This document shows, piece by piece, positions 26,083 to 36,025 of a stretch of 64,000 bases of DNA. Both the position numbers and the translations under genes were made by a program. The notes beneath the pieces were generated by a model. It did not search any database. It was not told the DNA's origin and saw nothing but the letters and a program-made list of their open reading frames with translations. The stretch spans positions 1 through 64,000 of IMG/VR virus record IMGVR_UViG_3300030012_001865. One strand, given 5' to 3'. Position 1 is the stretch's first letter; every line of letters starts with the position of its first letter. The stretch comes from a virus.

Positions 26083-29028
26083 TTAGATATTATGTTGCAG
26101 AGAATTTAAATTTTTTCTAAAGTTTTTATTTTTGTTATTATAAGAAGTAACAAACATTTGAGATCTAGAAGAAACTCTTATGTCGTCAAGTGTTTTTTCA
26201 AATGTAATTTGAGAAGTATTTTTATATTTTTCTGAATCTATAATTGTATCATATTCTGTTAACAATCCTCCAGAGTCACATCCTATACCATTGTATACAT
26301 TTGAACCTACTAAATTACTTAACACATAGCTAATTGCAAATGCTGATCTAATATATGTAAGTTCTGCAGAATTCAATTCTTTAATATCAAAAGAAAGAAA
26401 ACTGTGGTGCATAGGGTGATTAATTGTGCTATCAAAAGGTTGAAATTCCTCTGCTACAAAATTAGTCTTATATGTTATATTATCTAATCTTAGTTTATTG
26501 TCTTTTACTAAAGAAACTGTGTAAGAAACATCAATGCTTTTTACTGTAAATTCATCATTCCCGACTTGATCTATTGCACTTTCTATAAAATTATTGTGTT
26601 TAGCATTAATAGTCCCATATCTACTTTGATTTTGAGCAACTGCCCTTGAGCGAGATCTTGAACTCATTTGAGATTGATAAACACTTAAAGGTAATCTTTT
26701 TACAAACAGTCTGTGTACAAAAGGAAGTGGCTCATCCCCTTTTACTACAAAAAAGTTGTAATCATCCTGTACACCAAAATGGTCCTGAAATAGTTCTGGA
26801 TATCTTATATAAGATAGAGCTGTCATATCATCGTACACAGCAAATGTTGTATCAACTAAAAGATTATTAGGATTTACAGCTAAAGCATACGTTGTTGCAT
26901 CCATAGAATTATTTCTATTTTTAACAAAATAAGTAACTTTTTCAAAATTACTCGACCAGTTGTCCTGTCGCGGATCTACATACCAAATATCATTATAACC
27001 TTGTGGATTACCTCCCTCCCCATAAATACCGTCTGGATCTATAGAAGATCCTAAATTAACATTATTATAAAGAATAGCACCACTTGGTCCAACATTTGCC
27101 ATAGCTACTTGCAATTCATTTATCCAAGGTAAATCCCACTGCCCTGAAACATCTATTACTCCAAAATGATTAGGATTAAAAATTCTTAAAGATTGATAAT
27201 GTTGTTGGGCTAAAGTAGTATCATCTAAATTATATAAAACACTTATTTGCTCTTCACTCATATTTAACCACGGCAAGTGATTGTATTTTATAGAATATCC
27301 ATTAGTATACTTTGGAATATTACTAACACGTGAAGGTGCTGTGTAAGATGGGTAATTATGTGTATACCCTCTAGCGTTACCTCTAATACCTACCATAGGG
27401 CTATTTTCCATGGTAGCACCATAATCATTAACTTTATTTTTAACAGCACATATTAACAAATAAGGCTCATTAATAGATCCGTGAGTATGTTCAGTCTCAT
27501 AAAAAAAATCATTTGGTGGGGCATTAAGCTGTGGGTTAGGATCTACTGCTGCTGTGTCTGGAGTTATCAACCCCATGTAAATACCCCCTAAAGTAGAATC
27601 TCCTATTTCAGGAAGTGGTACTTCTTCTGGAGGAGTAGGATCAACAACAATACCATCATCATCTACAGGCATAGGCTCCATACTTAAAAAGATAAACTCT
27701 TCTGCAGGATTTAAAATGTTTTTGATTTTATCTGGATCAGTTATTGTATATCTTATTTCATCTCCTGCATTTAAAACATAGTTACCTATTTCTACATCTC
27801 TAAATATTAGTTTTTCTGTAGGTTTAAATTCTATATAAAAATTTCCTCTATCATTATTGTATTCAACAACGTCAGGATTAATGTTACCTGGTGTTAAAAA
27901 TATATTAGATGCAGCCTGCGAATCTACGTAGTCTACTTTTTCTAGTAAACAAGTATTAATAGCTTTAGGGTCTTCTATATATCTATTCTTGTAACTTACA
28001 GGTATTTCTGAAAGACTTCCTCCCTTCTGGATACTAGTATATATTTCACCATCAACTGCAGGACATCCGCCATCTGCTGAAGGAAAGTGTAAATCTATAA
28101 GACCAAAACAATGTAGTATATTATGCAGTAAAGCATTTCCTTCTAGTTTATTTACAGTTTCAAAATATTTCCCTTCCTCTTTTCCTCCATAAGTAACCTT
28201 TGATAAAACTTCTTTTCCATTAGCTACATAATTAAATACTAAACCTCTTGTATGACGAATACCTAAAGATTTTATAGGAAAAACAATACCAAATAAATCA
28301 TCTTGTCCTATGTGTTCATTAATAAAAGGAGGTGTAGATGACCCATAAAGTGTTTGAATATCCTTTGAAGGTTTATCGTTTAAACAGTTAACTAAATATA
28401 TATTAAAAAATCTATTTGTGTCCCATCCAAATCTGTCTTTTATTTCTGTCTCAGGTATGCCTGGAACAGGAATATCCGATCTAAACTGTCTGTGAGACAC
28501 ACCTTCTCTAACATAATCTCTACTGCTAACAGAATCTTCTATAGGATTATAAACGTTATAAGTTAAGTCAGAACCATCAATTCTATTTAATCCAGGCTCT
28601 GTTAATATATTTTTATTTTCGTCTATTCTTGCAGGTAAAAAATGAATATTTAAAGAAGGTTTATTTCCGTGAGAACTTTCGGATACTTCTCCAGTTTTAT
28701 TAATTTTATTATTAAGTATACCTAAAATAAAAGGTACAAAATCATAATCTAGATTCATTCCTGTACCTATTTTCTCCCCCATATGTATTAAATGAAATAC
28801 AACAGGAACTCTAATTTTAGAATTGTAAGCAGTTTTGTCAGCGTTTAAAGTTGTTAAAATACTTTCTGTATCTAATCCATGCGCATATTTTATAATTGCA
28901 TCTCTCCAACCACTTAATACATCTTGAGCTTCTTCTTCATATCTATTAAACCATGCATACATATCCTCTACGTGAGGACAGTAAGCATCTGTCTGTGGTA
29001 TGTACGAATTATGCTTCGCCATTCTCAC
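26083..29028 (-). CDS. Catalytically degenerate M43-like protein (probable start 29022)
   Basis: IRVPVVFHLIHMGEKIGTGMNL, PGLNRIDG and WDTNRFFNIYLV are typical M43 segments; the zinc motif reads HNILHCFGLID (catalytic Glu replaced by Asn). Confidence 0.75.
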   Translation of the reverse strand: MRMAKHNSYIPQTDAYCPHVEDMYAWFNRYEEEAQDVLSGWRDAIIKYAHGLDTESILTTLNADKTAYNSKIRVPVVFHLIHMGEKIGTGMNLDYDFVPFILGILNNKINKTGEVSESSHGNKPSLNIHFLPARIDENKNILTEPGLNRIDGSDLTYNVYNPIEDSVSSRDYVREGVSHRQFRSDIPVPGIPETEIKDRFGWDTNRFFNIYLVNCLNDKPSKDIQTLYGSSTPPFINEHIGQDDLFGIVFPIKSLGIRHTRGLVFNYVANGKEVLSKVTYGGKEEGKYFETVNKLEGNALLHNILHCFGLIDLHFPSADGGCPAVDGEIYTSIQKGGSLSEIPVSYKNRYIEDPKAINTCLLEKVDYVDSQAASNIFLTPGNINPDVVEYNNDRGNFYIEFKPTEKLIFRDVEIGNYVLNAGDEIRYTITDPDKIKNILNPAEEFIFLSMEPMPVDDDGIVVDPTPPEEVPLPEIGDSTLGGIYMGLITPDTAAVDPNPQLNAPPNDFFYETEHTHGSINEPYLLICAVKNKVNDYGATMENSPMVGIRGNARGYTHNYPSYTAPSRVSNIPKYTNGYSIKYNHLPWLNMSEEQISVLYNLDDTTLAQQHYQSLRIFNPNHFGVIDVSGQWDLPWINELQVAMANVGPSGAILYNNVNLGSSIDPDGIYGEGGNPQGYNDIWYVDPRQDNWSSNFEKVTYFVKNRNNSMDATTYALAVNPNNLLVDTTFAVYDDMTALSYIRYPELFQDHFGVQDDYNFFVVKGDEPLPFVHRLFVKRLPLSVYQSQMSSRSRSRAVAQNQSRYGTINAKHNNFIESAIDQVGNDEFTVKSIDVSYTVSLVKDNKLRLDNITYKTNFVAEEFQPFDSTINHPMHHSFLSFDIKELNSAELTYIRSAFAISYVLSNLVGSNVYNGIGCDSGGLLTEYDTIIDSEKYKNTSQITFEKTLDDIRVSSRSQMFVTSYNNKNKNFRKNLNSLQHNI

Positions 29029-29662
29029 AACTATTTTTTAGTTCTTCTAATAAAGATTCTGCTAACAAAGCAGCTTCTACATCTGCTCTATCGCAGTCTT
29101 CACAAAATACATCTATAGAAGAATACATTAAATCCACCTCTTCTTGTATTGTACAAGTATTTGCAAAACAAAAATCAAATTCATTTATAATTTCATTATT
29201 GTCCGCATTAGTTATATTAATTTTTACTTGATAAACATTATCTATAAAAATCTCTTCATTAAGTTGAATTGGAGATCCAGAAGAATCTACAATAAGATTA
29301 GATGCTAAATAAGAATTTAACATTGGTAAAAAATCTCGCATATCAATTTTAAATATAAAATCGTCTATACGATTAGGCCCGTCAAACTCCCAAAAATCAT
29401 TAGAGTATACTCCTCCTACTGTGCTTTCTACATAAGTATCTTCGGTTAAAGGAAAACTTATAGGAATTGGTATAAGATCCTCTCCGTCAATAATAGGGTA
29501 AATAATAGTTAAAACTAAATTAATCTTAGCTAGATCAGGAGAAGCGTTTTGTCCTCCCCAACCATTTATATTTGCGCTAGATCTAGGTTTAGTTATGTCT
29601 GTGATTACTAAAGTTTTGCAATCGTTCTCTGTATGTATTGTTGTTTTTAAATCTAAGGCCAT
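29009..29662 (-). CDS. Putative tail hub / structural protein
   Basis: DCKTLVITDIT...NGWGG N-terminus and C-terminal C...CxxC helical segment; first gene after the capsid block. Confidence 0.6.
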   Translation of the reverse strand: MALDLKTTIHTENDCKTLVITDITKPRSSANINGWGGQNASPDLAKINLVLTIIYPIIDGEDLIPIPISFPLTEDTYVESTVGGVYSNDFWEFDGPNRIDDFIFKIDMRDFLPMLNSYLASNLIVDSSGSPIQLNEEIFIDNVYQVKINITNADNNEIINEFDFCFANTCTIQEEVDLMYSSIDVFCEDCDRADVEAALLAESLLEELKNSCENGEA

Positions 29663-29673
29663 GGACAGTAATT

Positions 29674-29706
29674 AAAAAAGGGCAGACAGAAAGCTGCCTG
29701 CCCTTT
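29674..29706 (-). terminator. Rho-independent terminator after the capsid genes
   Basis: AAAGGGCAGGCAG-CTTT-CTGTCTGCCCTTT followed by a T run on the minus strand. Confidence 0.85.
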
Positions 29707-29728
29707 AATTATATAATAAAATTATTTA

Positions 29729-31021
29729 TTAGCTAGCTGCTAAAATATCTGTAATTCCATCAATGTTAACAACAAGATCATTTAAGTGATCTTGTAAACT
29801 GTCAGCATCTCCAGGAAGAGCCATTACAACAGTACCTTTGATTGGTCCGCCTGCTGCAATTGCATTACTGTCATTTCCAGGTAACACATAATCAAAACTA
29901 ATAAGATCATATGGTTGAGCTACATCAGCTTTTAATTCAGCATAAGATTCTACTGAAGGGAAACCATTACCAGTCCAAGTACCAGATCCTGGAGAGTTTT
30001 TAGAAAGGCCAAACCATTCTAAATCTGAAATTGCTTCTCCAGCAGTATTAGATTTTGCTGCTGCAGTACTTGTGTCAGAAACAGTATCACCCCACCCATC
30101 TAGCTGGAAATCAAATACAACTTTGTGGTAAGGGTATAAACCTGCTTTATAATATGCATCTAAACCTGTTAATTTAATACCACAATTAGAAGCATTCATA
30201 ACTGCAGCTGTAAGAGATTTAGAATCTGCTCCAGAAGCACCAGCTTCTTGAGAAGGTATATCTAAAGTAATGTTAGAACCATTAACTTCTTTAATTCTGT
30301 ATACAGGAACACCTGCACCAGAAGTTTGACGAAGATACATACCTGCACTTAATTCGTGATCAGATGCAGATGCAACTACTTGATCAGAACCACGAGTCCA
30401 AGTTAAAGTTGTAGAGTTAGCAGTATCTGCCTCACTAGTAGCTGCTGAGAAACGTTGAACTGCTATCTTAGCTCTGTTTTGACCAATTGTAGAACCGTCT
30501 GCAAAATCCATAGCTCCTATTTTTTGAACAATACCATTTGCAATTTCAATTTGACTTGCATCTGCGTCAGATACATACTCAAAGAAATATTGATCTTTTT
30601 GTTCAGAATATAACTCGCTGTCATTAATAAAGTTTAATCGTAAAGTATAACGATTAGAGTTTATTGCGTCAATTGAGTTTCCAGTATTAACATCAGTGTA
30701 CCCAATGTTAGAAATCTGCTCTGCCTCTGCAATAGCACCTGCACCATTTGAAGCATCACCATGCTCAACAACTGCGCCTTTTCTAATATCATCAAATTTG
30801 ATAAAAGGAGAAGCTTTTAAAGAGCCATCAGTATTAAGTTGTACAACTCTAAATACATCACCTGTAGTTAAAGCTGTAGTGTTTGCTAATAAACCAGATT
30901 CTAGTTCAATTGCAAACTCACTAGTGTCTGTAGTTGCAGCAGTTAAATCTGCTACAGTTTTAGACGAACCGTGAAAGAATTTTCCGATAAATACATCGAA
31001 ATTATGTCCGTAAATTGCCAT
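29729..31021 (-). CDS. Auxiliary capsid protein (crAss-type)
   Basis: 430 aa, A/S/T/D-rich, downstream of MCP and ring gene, followed by a terminator; CGIKLTG and ISDLEWF segments. Confidence 0.65.
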   Translation of the reverse strand: MAIYGHNFDVFIGKFFHGSSKTVADLTAATTDTSEFAIELESGLLANTTALTTGDVFRVVQLNTDGSLKASPFIKFDDIRKGAVVEHGDASNGAGAIAEAEQISNIGYTDVNTGNSIDAINSNRYTLRLNFINDSELYSEQKDQYFFEYVSDADASQIEIANGIVQKIGAMDFADGSTIGQNRAKIAVQRFSAATSEADTANSTTLTWTRGSDQVVASASDHELSAGMYLRQTSGAGVPVYRIKEVNGSNITLDIPSQEAGASGADSKSLTAAVMNASNCGIKLTGLDAYYKAGLYPYHKVVFDFQLDGWGDTVSDTSTAAAKSNTAGEAISDLEWFGLSKNSPGSGTWTGNGFPSVESYAELKADVAQPYDLISFDYVLPGNDSNAIAAGGPIKGTVVMALPGDADSLQDHLNDLVVNIDGITDILAAS

Positions 31022-31047
31022 TTGTTTTCTATTTTAAAAATTAACTA

Positions 31048-31584
31048 TTAATTGTCTAATGTAATATCTGCTACATTAGTGCAGAATGCTTTCACAAACC
31101 ATGAAGTACCATCAGATACTAGAGATACTCTATCTCCTTTCATAGCTGAAGTTGCGAAAGTAATCTTTGTATTTGCAGCCACACCAGTGTCACCATCAGT
31201 AGCTGCAGCTTCGTGCTCAGAAGTAAAAACATGACCAAAGAAATCTTCCGACGCAGCAGCTTGAACAATAGTACAAGCAGTTGTTGAATTGTCTGATGTT
31301 AGAATGATTTCAAAGTTAAGTCCTTCTTCGCAAGAAGGTAAAGTAATATCAACTCCTGTAGGTCCCATAAGAATTATTTTACCAGAGTCACTTGATAGTA
31401 AAGTAGCGTCTGCAGTAACTGTTTTAGTTGCTACAACACCCATTCTACTAGCAGCAGTCTGACTAACATAATCCCCAACAAGATCATTAAAATCTTGTAC
31501 TCGAACTGGAGTGTTACCAACTAGTCCTCCTTTATTAAAAGAAGGAGCTACATTGGCATTCGTTATTTTTGCTGTTCTTGCCAT
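31048..31584 (-). CDS. Putative head decoration/fibre protein
   Basis: TLLSSDSGK...ITLP..EEGLNFEII...GDRVSLVSDGTSWFV beta-sandwich pattern. Confidence 0.6.
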   Translation of the reverse strand: MARTAKITNANVAPSFNKGGLVGNTPVRVQDFNDLVGDYVSQTAASRMGVVATKTVTADATLLSSDSGKIILMGPTGVDITLPSCEEGLNFEIILTSDNSTTACTIVQAAASEDFFGHVFTSEHEAAATDGDTGVAANTKITFATSAMKGDRVSLVSDGTSWFVKAFCTNVADITLDN

Positions 31585-31585
31585 T

Positions 31586-32359
31586 TTATTCTATTTCGTT
31601 AAGTTCTATTTTACTTGATTGGTATCTTGGTTGCTCTACATTTTCTAAAGCATCTAAGACAGCCATCCTTACAATCTCTCTATGTGTATGTTTAGCCAAA
31701 TCACACTCTTGCCCAAGATCATCTCCTTGGGGAAGTTTTACAGCGTTAGCTGCTCGAATATATCTTATATTATAATCTTTTAATACTACGTCTGGGTGAT
31801 GTATCAGCTCTACTCGTTGTTGGCCCCCACCTTCACCTTCTGTAGTACCTCTATAATCTAATCTATACACAGTAGTAAGATCTGGTTTATTAAAAGGATC
31901 ATTTATAACTTTATTGTATCTATCGTAAGTTAGAGGAGTTACATTTATAATACTTAAATTTTTATTATTAATGTTTTCGCTCTCATAAATATTAGAAGCA
32001 ACAATCCCTGTAAAACTAGGATGTTCTGCTATAACAAACTCAGATACCATGTGTCTATAATTTGCAGGTAAAGTTGCAAAGTTACCGTTTGGTAAACTTC
32101 CATCATCTTCACCTAATTCGTCTGAAAGAACAACAATACGTTTATTCGTAATTAAATTACGAAGATCATCTCTACGTTTTGCGTCTTCTTCAAAACCTGT
32201 TCGATGTACATTAGCGCCATACATTCTTTTTGTAATAAATTTAGCAATTGCCATGTTAAGAAACATATCAACTTCTTCATCTAAAAACGAAGGAGCGTCA
32301 AAAGAATCTCCTTTGTCTAGCAATAATCTAAATTCTTCATGCATTTGCGCTACTGTCAT
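31586..32359 (-). CDS. Head-tail adaptor / ring protein (crAss-type)
   Basis: MTVAQMHEEFRLLLDK...EVDMFLN.A; GFEEDAKRRDDLRNLI; C-terminal CDL.KHTHREIVRMAV. Confidence 0.75.
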   Translation of the reverse strand: MTVAQMHEEFRLLLDKGDSFDAPSFLDEEVDMFLNMAIAKFITKRMYGANVHRTGFEEDAKRRDDLRNLITNKRIVVLSDELGEDDGSLPNGNFATLPANYRHMVSEFVIAEHPSFTGIVASNIYESENINNKNLSIINVTPLTYDRYNKVINDPFNKPDLTTVYRLDYRGTTEGEGGGQQRVELIHHPDVVLKDYNIRYIRAANAVKLPQGDDLGQECDLAKHTHREIVRMAVLDALENVEQPRYQSSKIELNEIE

Positions 32360-32360
32360 A

Positions 32361-33227
32361 CTACTTACTTATAGATAATTTTCCTTTTAAATCTAAATAC
32401 ACTTCCTGATTGTCAGGATTTTGTAAATATTCAATCGTCTGCTCAAGTGTATACCCTACAATATCTCCGCCAGGAAGTTGGTATTTAGTACCATTCTTAA
32501 CAAGAACTCTAGATGATAAACAATCATCAATAAATGCTCTCATTTTAAATGTTGGGTCATCTACAGTATTTAAAAATTCTTGAGGATTATCAGTTACAAT
32601 TTTATCAAGTTGAGCCTCAACAAAATCTACAGAAGCATTTTCTCCTGCTCTTTTACCCATAACCTTAAGAACATCTTTCATTTCTGAAGTAGACATATTA
32701 CTAAATACTTTGTAAGCTTTACGCTTAAGTTTAGATTTTTGGTTTTCTACTTTAGCTTCTTGCTCATCAGATGTCATTACATATTCTGCAAATGGTGTGT
32801 CAAAACGTTCCATTTCTGAATTAGCAACTCTCTGGTGAGCTTTTAAAACAAAGTATTTAACCTCATCTTCTGGATTGTTTAAATCTAAAACAACACCTTC
32901 TTTAGGTACATCAATTTTAAAAGTTGCCCAATAATCTCTATTGTACTTTGACAATGTACCTGGAGACATATGCATTTTAGTTTCAAGACGAACTTCGTCG
33001 TCTTCAGTCATTCCAGTATTAAGGATACCCGTGCCTTTTGCTGCCTGAACAGTTAAACGCTCAAAACATTTAGAGTAACGGAGGCTCCCGTCATGATCGT
33101 CGGGAAGCCATCCGTGTCTCTTTATAGGTTTAAGTGTAACCTTATCTTTTACAACACGTTCTTTCTTCACTGGTGCAGTCTCTACTACTTCTGGAGTAGC
33201 TTCTTGTTTAACTACTTTTTTTGCCAT
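32361..33227 (-). CDS. Conserved crAss-like protein downstream of MCP
   Basis: LDLNNPEDEVKYFVLK motif; position between MCP and ring gene. Confidence 0.7.
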   Translation of the reverse strand: MAKKVVKQEATPEVVETAPVKKERVVKDKVTLKPIKRHGWLPDDHDGSLRYSKCFERLTVQAAKGTGILNTGMTEDDEVRLETKMHMSPGTLSKYNRDYWATFKIDVPKEGVVLDLNNPEDEVKYFVLKAHQRVANSEMERFDTPFAEYVMTSDEQEAKVENQKSKLKRKAYKVFSNMSTSEMKDVLKVMGKRAGENASVDFVEAQLDKIVTDNPQEFLNTVDDPTFKMRAFIDDCLSSRVLVKNGTKYQLPGGDIVGYTLEQTIEYLQNPDNQEVYLDLKGKLSISK

Positions 33228-33262
33228 CTTCTTTTGTGTTTATATTAATTTATTTTATTCCA

Positions 33263-34714
33263 TTATACTGCAGAAGAGTAAATCAATTCAGCACAAGACA
33301 TTGGGTTCTGAATAAGAACACCTTGTTGAGCTTGAGCAAATAATTGGTAACCATCTACAGGAGACGAAGAACCTGATGAGAACGAAGTGTTAGGTCCTAA
33401 CGGTGAAGTTGAACCAGCAACGTGCCACATTAATTCTTTACGTCCTTTAGGATATACTCGTCGGATATTGTTTTCTCCACCAGAAGTACCCATGTTAAGG
33501 ATAGTGTATCGGTAAGACTCAGTGTATCCACCTTTTGGATGTGGTACACGGTTACGGATTTCATCATCATACAATGGTAAGTGAACTAGAGTAAACTTGA
33601 TACCTTGTGGTCCCATGTATTCTCTGTACTGACCTTGGAATGATAAGTTTTGTCCTGAACCACCAATACGCTTAGAGTCTAATGGTTGGAATCTTGCAGC
33701 GTGGTTTTCAAGAGCTCTGTGGAATTGTACCATACCTCTTTCACCTGTAAACGCTACAAAGTGACGTTGATCTTCTGGAAGTAAGTTAATTGATAAGTTC
33801 AATAAAACATCTTCTAAATAATCAATTGTAAAGTCTGTATAGTGGAACTTGTAAGATGGAGAAATTTGCTCACGTAAACCTGCACCTTCAACAATAGCAG
33901 ATCCAGAAGCACCCATCATATCATAAGTACCATTAACTTGTTTGTTAGACTTAGAGAACCAAAGCATACGCTCTTTCTCTTTCATCCACTGACACATGAA
34001 TTCGTATTCAGCATACTGAGTCCAGATCTTTGTAGTCTTATTAGATTTAGGATCCATCATCTCAATAACTAAAGGACGTTGGTGCATGTTACCAGGAATA
34101 GTGTAAGTCTTAGATAAGAAAGACATTGCATTACGCATTTTGAATGGAGAACTGTAATGAGTTTCACCGTAAGTTCTATTCAAAGTTCTTTCTTGTGGAG
34201 AGTATTCTTTACTTGCACGTGCTCCAGCAGAAATTAAACTTGGAGGAATAAAATCTGCAGCATTTGAAGTCATCAAAGAACAAGGGTATACATAAATAGA
34301 CCCTTCCATGTAAGGCTCTTGCATTACACGAACAGAAGTTTCACCGTCATCTAAAACTAGTTTATCAGACATAGCGAAATATTTTTCTGCCATTCTAATG
34401 TTTACGATAGCTCCGTATTGTCCAGGTTTAGCAGAAAGTCCGCCTCCACTATAACCTTGTATAACAACTGCTTTTTCGTCGTCCCCTTTTAGGTACCACT
34501 CAAAATCGTTGTCTGTGTCAAGCTCTTGCTCTCCACCACCTACAGATAGGAAGTAATCCATACCTGCATACTGATTCATACCGAATACTCTACTGATGAT
34601 ATTAGATACCAAAGTAGGCTCGGCAGCGAATACGCTTCCTAGGTGGTTCTCAGTTGTTAAGCCAGACCAGCTCTTAGGAGCGTACAATTGTAATGAACTA
34701 ATTGTGTTTGCCAT
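33263..34714 (-). CDS. Major capsid protein
   Basis: 483 aa; WSGLTTENHLG, GAGLREQI, FVAFTGERGMVQFH, HPKGGYTESYRY are crAss MCP-type motifs. Confidence 0.9.
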   Translation of the reverse strand: MANTISSLQLYAPKSWSGLTTENHLGSVFAAEPTLVSNIISRVFGMNQYAGMDYFLSVGGGEQELDTDNDFEWYLKGDDEKAVVIQGYSGGGLSAKPGQYGAIVNIRMAEKYFAMSDKLVLDDGETSVRVMQEPYMEGSIYVYPCSLMTSNAADFIPPSLISAGARASKEYSPQERTLNRTYGETHYSSPFKMRNAMSFLSKTYTIPGNMHQRPLVIEMMDPKSNKTTKIWTQYAEYEFMCQWMKEKERMLWFSKSNKQVNGTYDMMGASGSAIVEGAGLREQISPSYKFHYTDFTIDYLEDVLLNLSINLLPEDQRHFVAFTGERGMVQFHRALENHAARFQPLDSKRIGGSGQNLSFQGQYREYMGPQGIKFTLVHLPLYDDEIRNRVPHPKGGYTESYRYTILNMGTSGGENNIRRVYPKGRKELMWHVAGSTSPLGPNTSFSSGSSSPVDGYQLFAQAQQGVLIQNPMSCAELIYSSAV

Positions 34715-34758
34715 TTTTAATTAATTTAATTATTACTTGTTGTTTATATAAATAGCTC

Positions 34759-35910
34759 CTATCGTAGAGATTTTCTCATAGTGTCAAAATTAACAGCTTT
34801 AGAGGTACCTCTACTTGGTCTGGAACCAGTTTTTTTCGTACTCTTAATTGCGTTGGCCAACTTCCGTGTTGATTTAGTTGTTGACTGACGTTCAAATGCT
34901 GAAAAATCCCACTTAAGGACTGTTGCTAAATATGCTATTTTTAAGTCAAACTCAGGATCTTTTTCTCTCATTCTCATGATTTCATTTTTTCCGTTCTTAT
35001 CTAACTTAGTTATACCTTTGTATAAATTATCTTTATCTTTTGGTGATAATTTAAACCCAGGTAAAATTTCTTCTTTTTTTCCTATATGATCTTTAAGATC
35101 TCCTAACCACTGTTCGTGTGCTTGGATTCTTTGTTTTTGCTCTTCTTTCTGCTGCTTAATAAGATTAGCTTTTTCTGCTTTTTGTATCTCTTTTAAAGAT
35201 GCTAAAGCTTCTTCTGCCTCTTCTTTTAATACACCAGAATCTTCGTAACGATTTAACTTACGTGTAATTCGTTCTTCAGACCAACCGCTTTTAACTAGTA
35301 AATCTCTTACTAGCATTTTTTGTAGAGATAAATTATCTTCTAAACTTTCTTCTGCAATTGTAGCATATGACTGCTCACTAGCGCTTGCATTAATTAGATC
35401 ATATATATTTACACCTGCTTCATAATTATCTAAAAGATATTTAATCTCTTCAGGCATGTTTTCTTTATATTCAGTTACTTTAGAATCAATAGTATCTTGT
35501 ACTTTGTTTAGTAACCAATCTTCAGAATCTTCAAACTCTTCATCGTTAAAATCAATTAAGCCCTGATCTCTTTGCATTTCTGCAAATACTCGAAGTGGGT
35601 TATCACCTTCTTCTTCAACAGATTCTTCAGTTTCGCTTGCTTCAGTTGTTTCTGAAACTTGCTCCGCTGTATCCTCTTCAGTATTTGATTCTTCAGGCTC
35701 ATCAGTAGTTTGCGGTTCTTCAGTTCTTTCTGGCAGCTCATCAACCTCTTGTATCTTTAACTCTGGGTTAAAAATACCAGGCTCGTTTTCTTCAGTTTTA
35801 GTTTCTTCACCTTCAGCTTTTGGCTGCTCTTTCTTCTCTTCTGGACTCGTTGTTAGATTATCCAACACACTTAAGTCCAATCCATCTAAAATGTTATCTT
35901 CTATTGCCAT
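34759..35910 (-). CDS. Putative capsid scaffolding protein (acidic, coiled coil)
   Basis: Very Glu-rich, between portal and MCP; ATG at 35910 preferred because the track's TTG start lies inside the promoter. Confidence 0.7.
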   Translation of the reverse strand: MAIEDNILDGLDLSVLDNLTTSPEEKKEQPKAEGEETKTEENEPGIFNPELKIQEVDELPERTEEPQTTDEPEESNTEEDTAEQVSETTEASETEESVEEEGDNPLRVFAEMQRDQGLIDFNDEEFEDSEDWLLNKVQDTIDSKVTEYKENMPEEIKYLLDNYEAGVNIYDLINASASEQSYATIAEESLEDNLSLQKMLVRDLLVKSGWSEERITRKLNRYEDSGVLKEEAEEALASLKEIQKAEKANLIKQQKEEQKQRIQAHEQWLGDLKDHIGKKEEILPGFKLSPKDKDNLYKGITKLDKNGKNEIMRMREKDPEFDLKIAYLATVLKWDFSAFERQSTTKSTRKLANAIKSTKKTGSRPSRGTSKAVNFDTMRKSLR

Positions 35911-35931
35911 AGAGTTTTGTTTATTAAGTGA

Positions 35932-35961
35932 CAAAAATAATTATTTTAATATTCTGTGCAA
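35932..35961 (-). promoter_or_regulatory. Bacteroidota housekeeping-sigma promoter for scaffold/MCP
   Basis: TTG-N19-TATTTTTG, an exact fit to the -33/-7 (TTG/TAnnTTTG) consensus. Confidence 0.8.
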
Positions 35962-36025
35962 TACCTTGTCACTTGAGTATTGCGTAAAAATTTTATTTTT
36001 TATAGCTAAAATATAATTTTATAGA

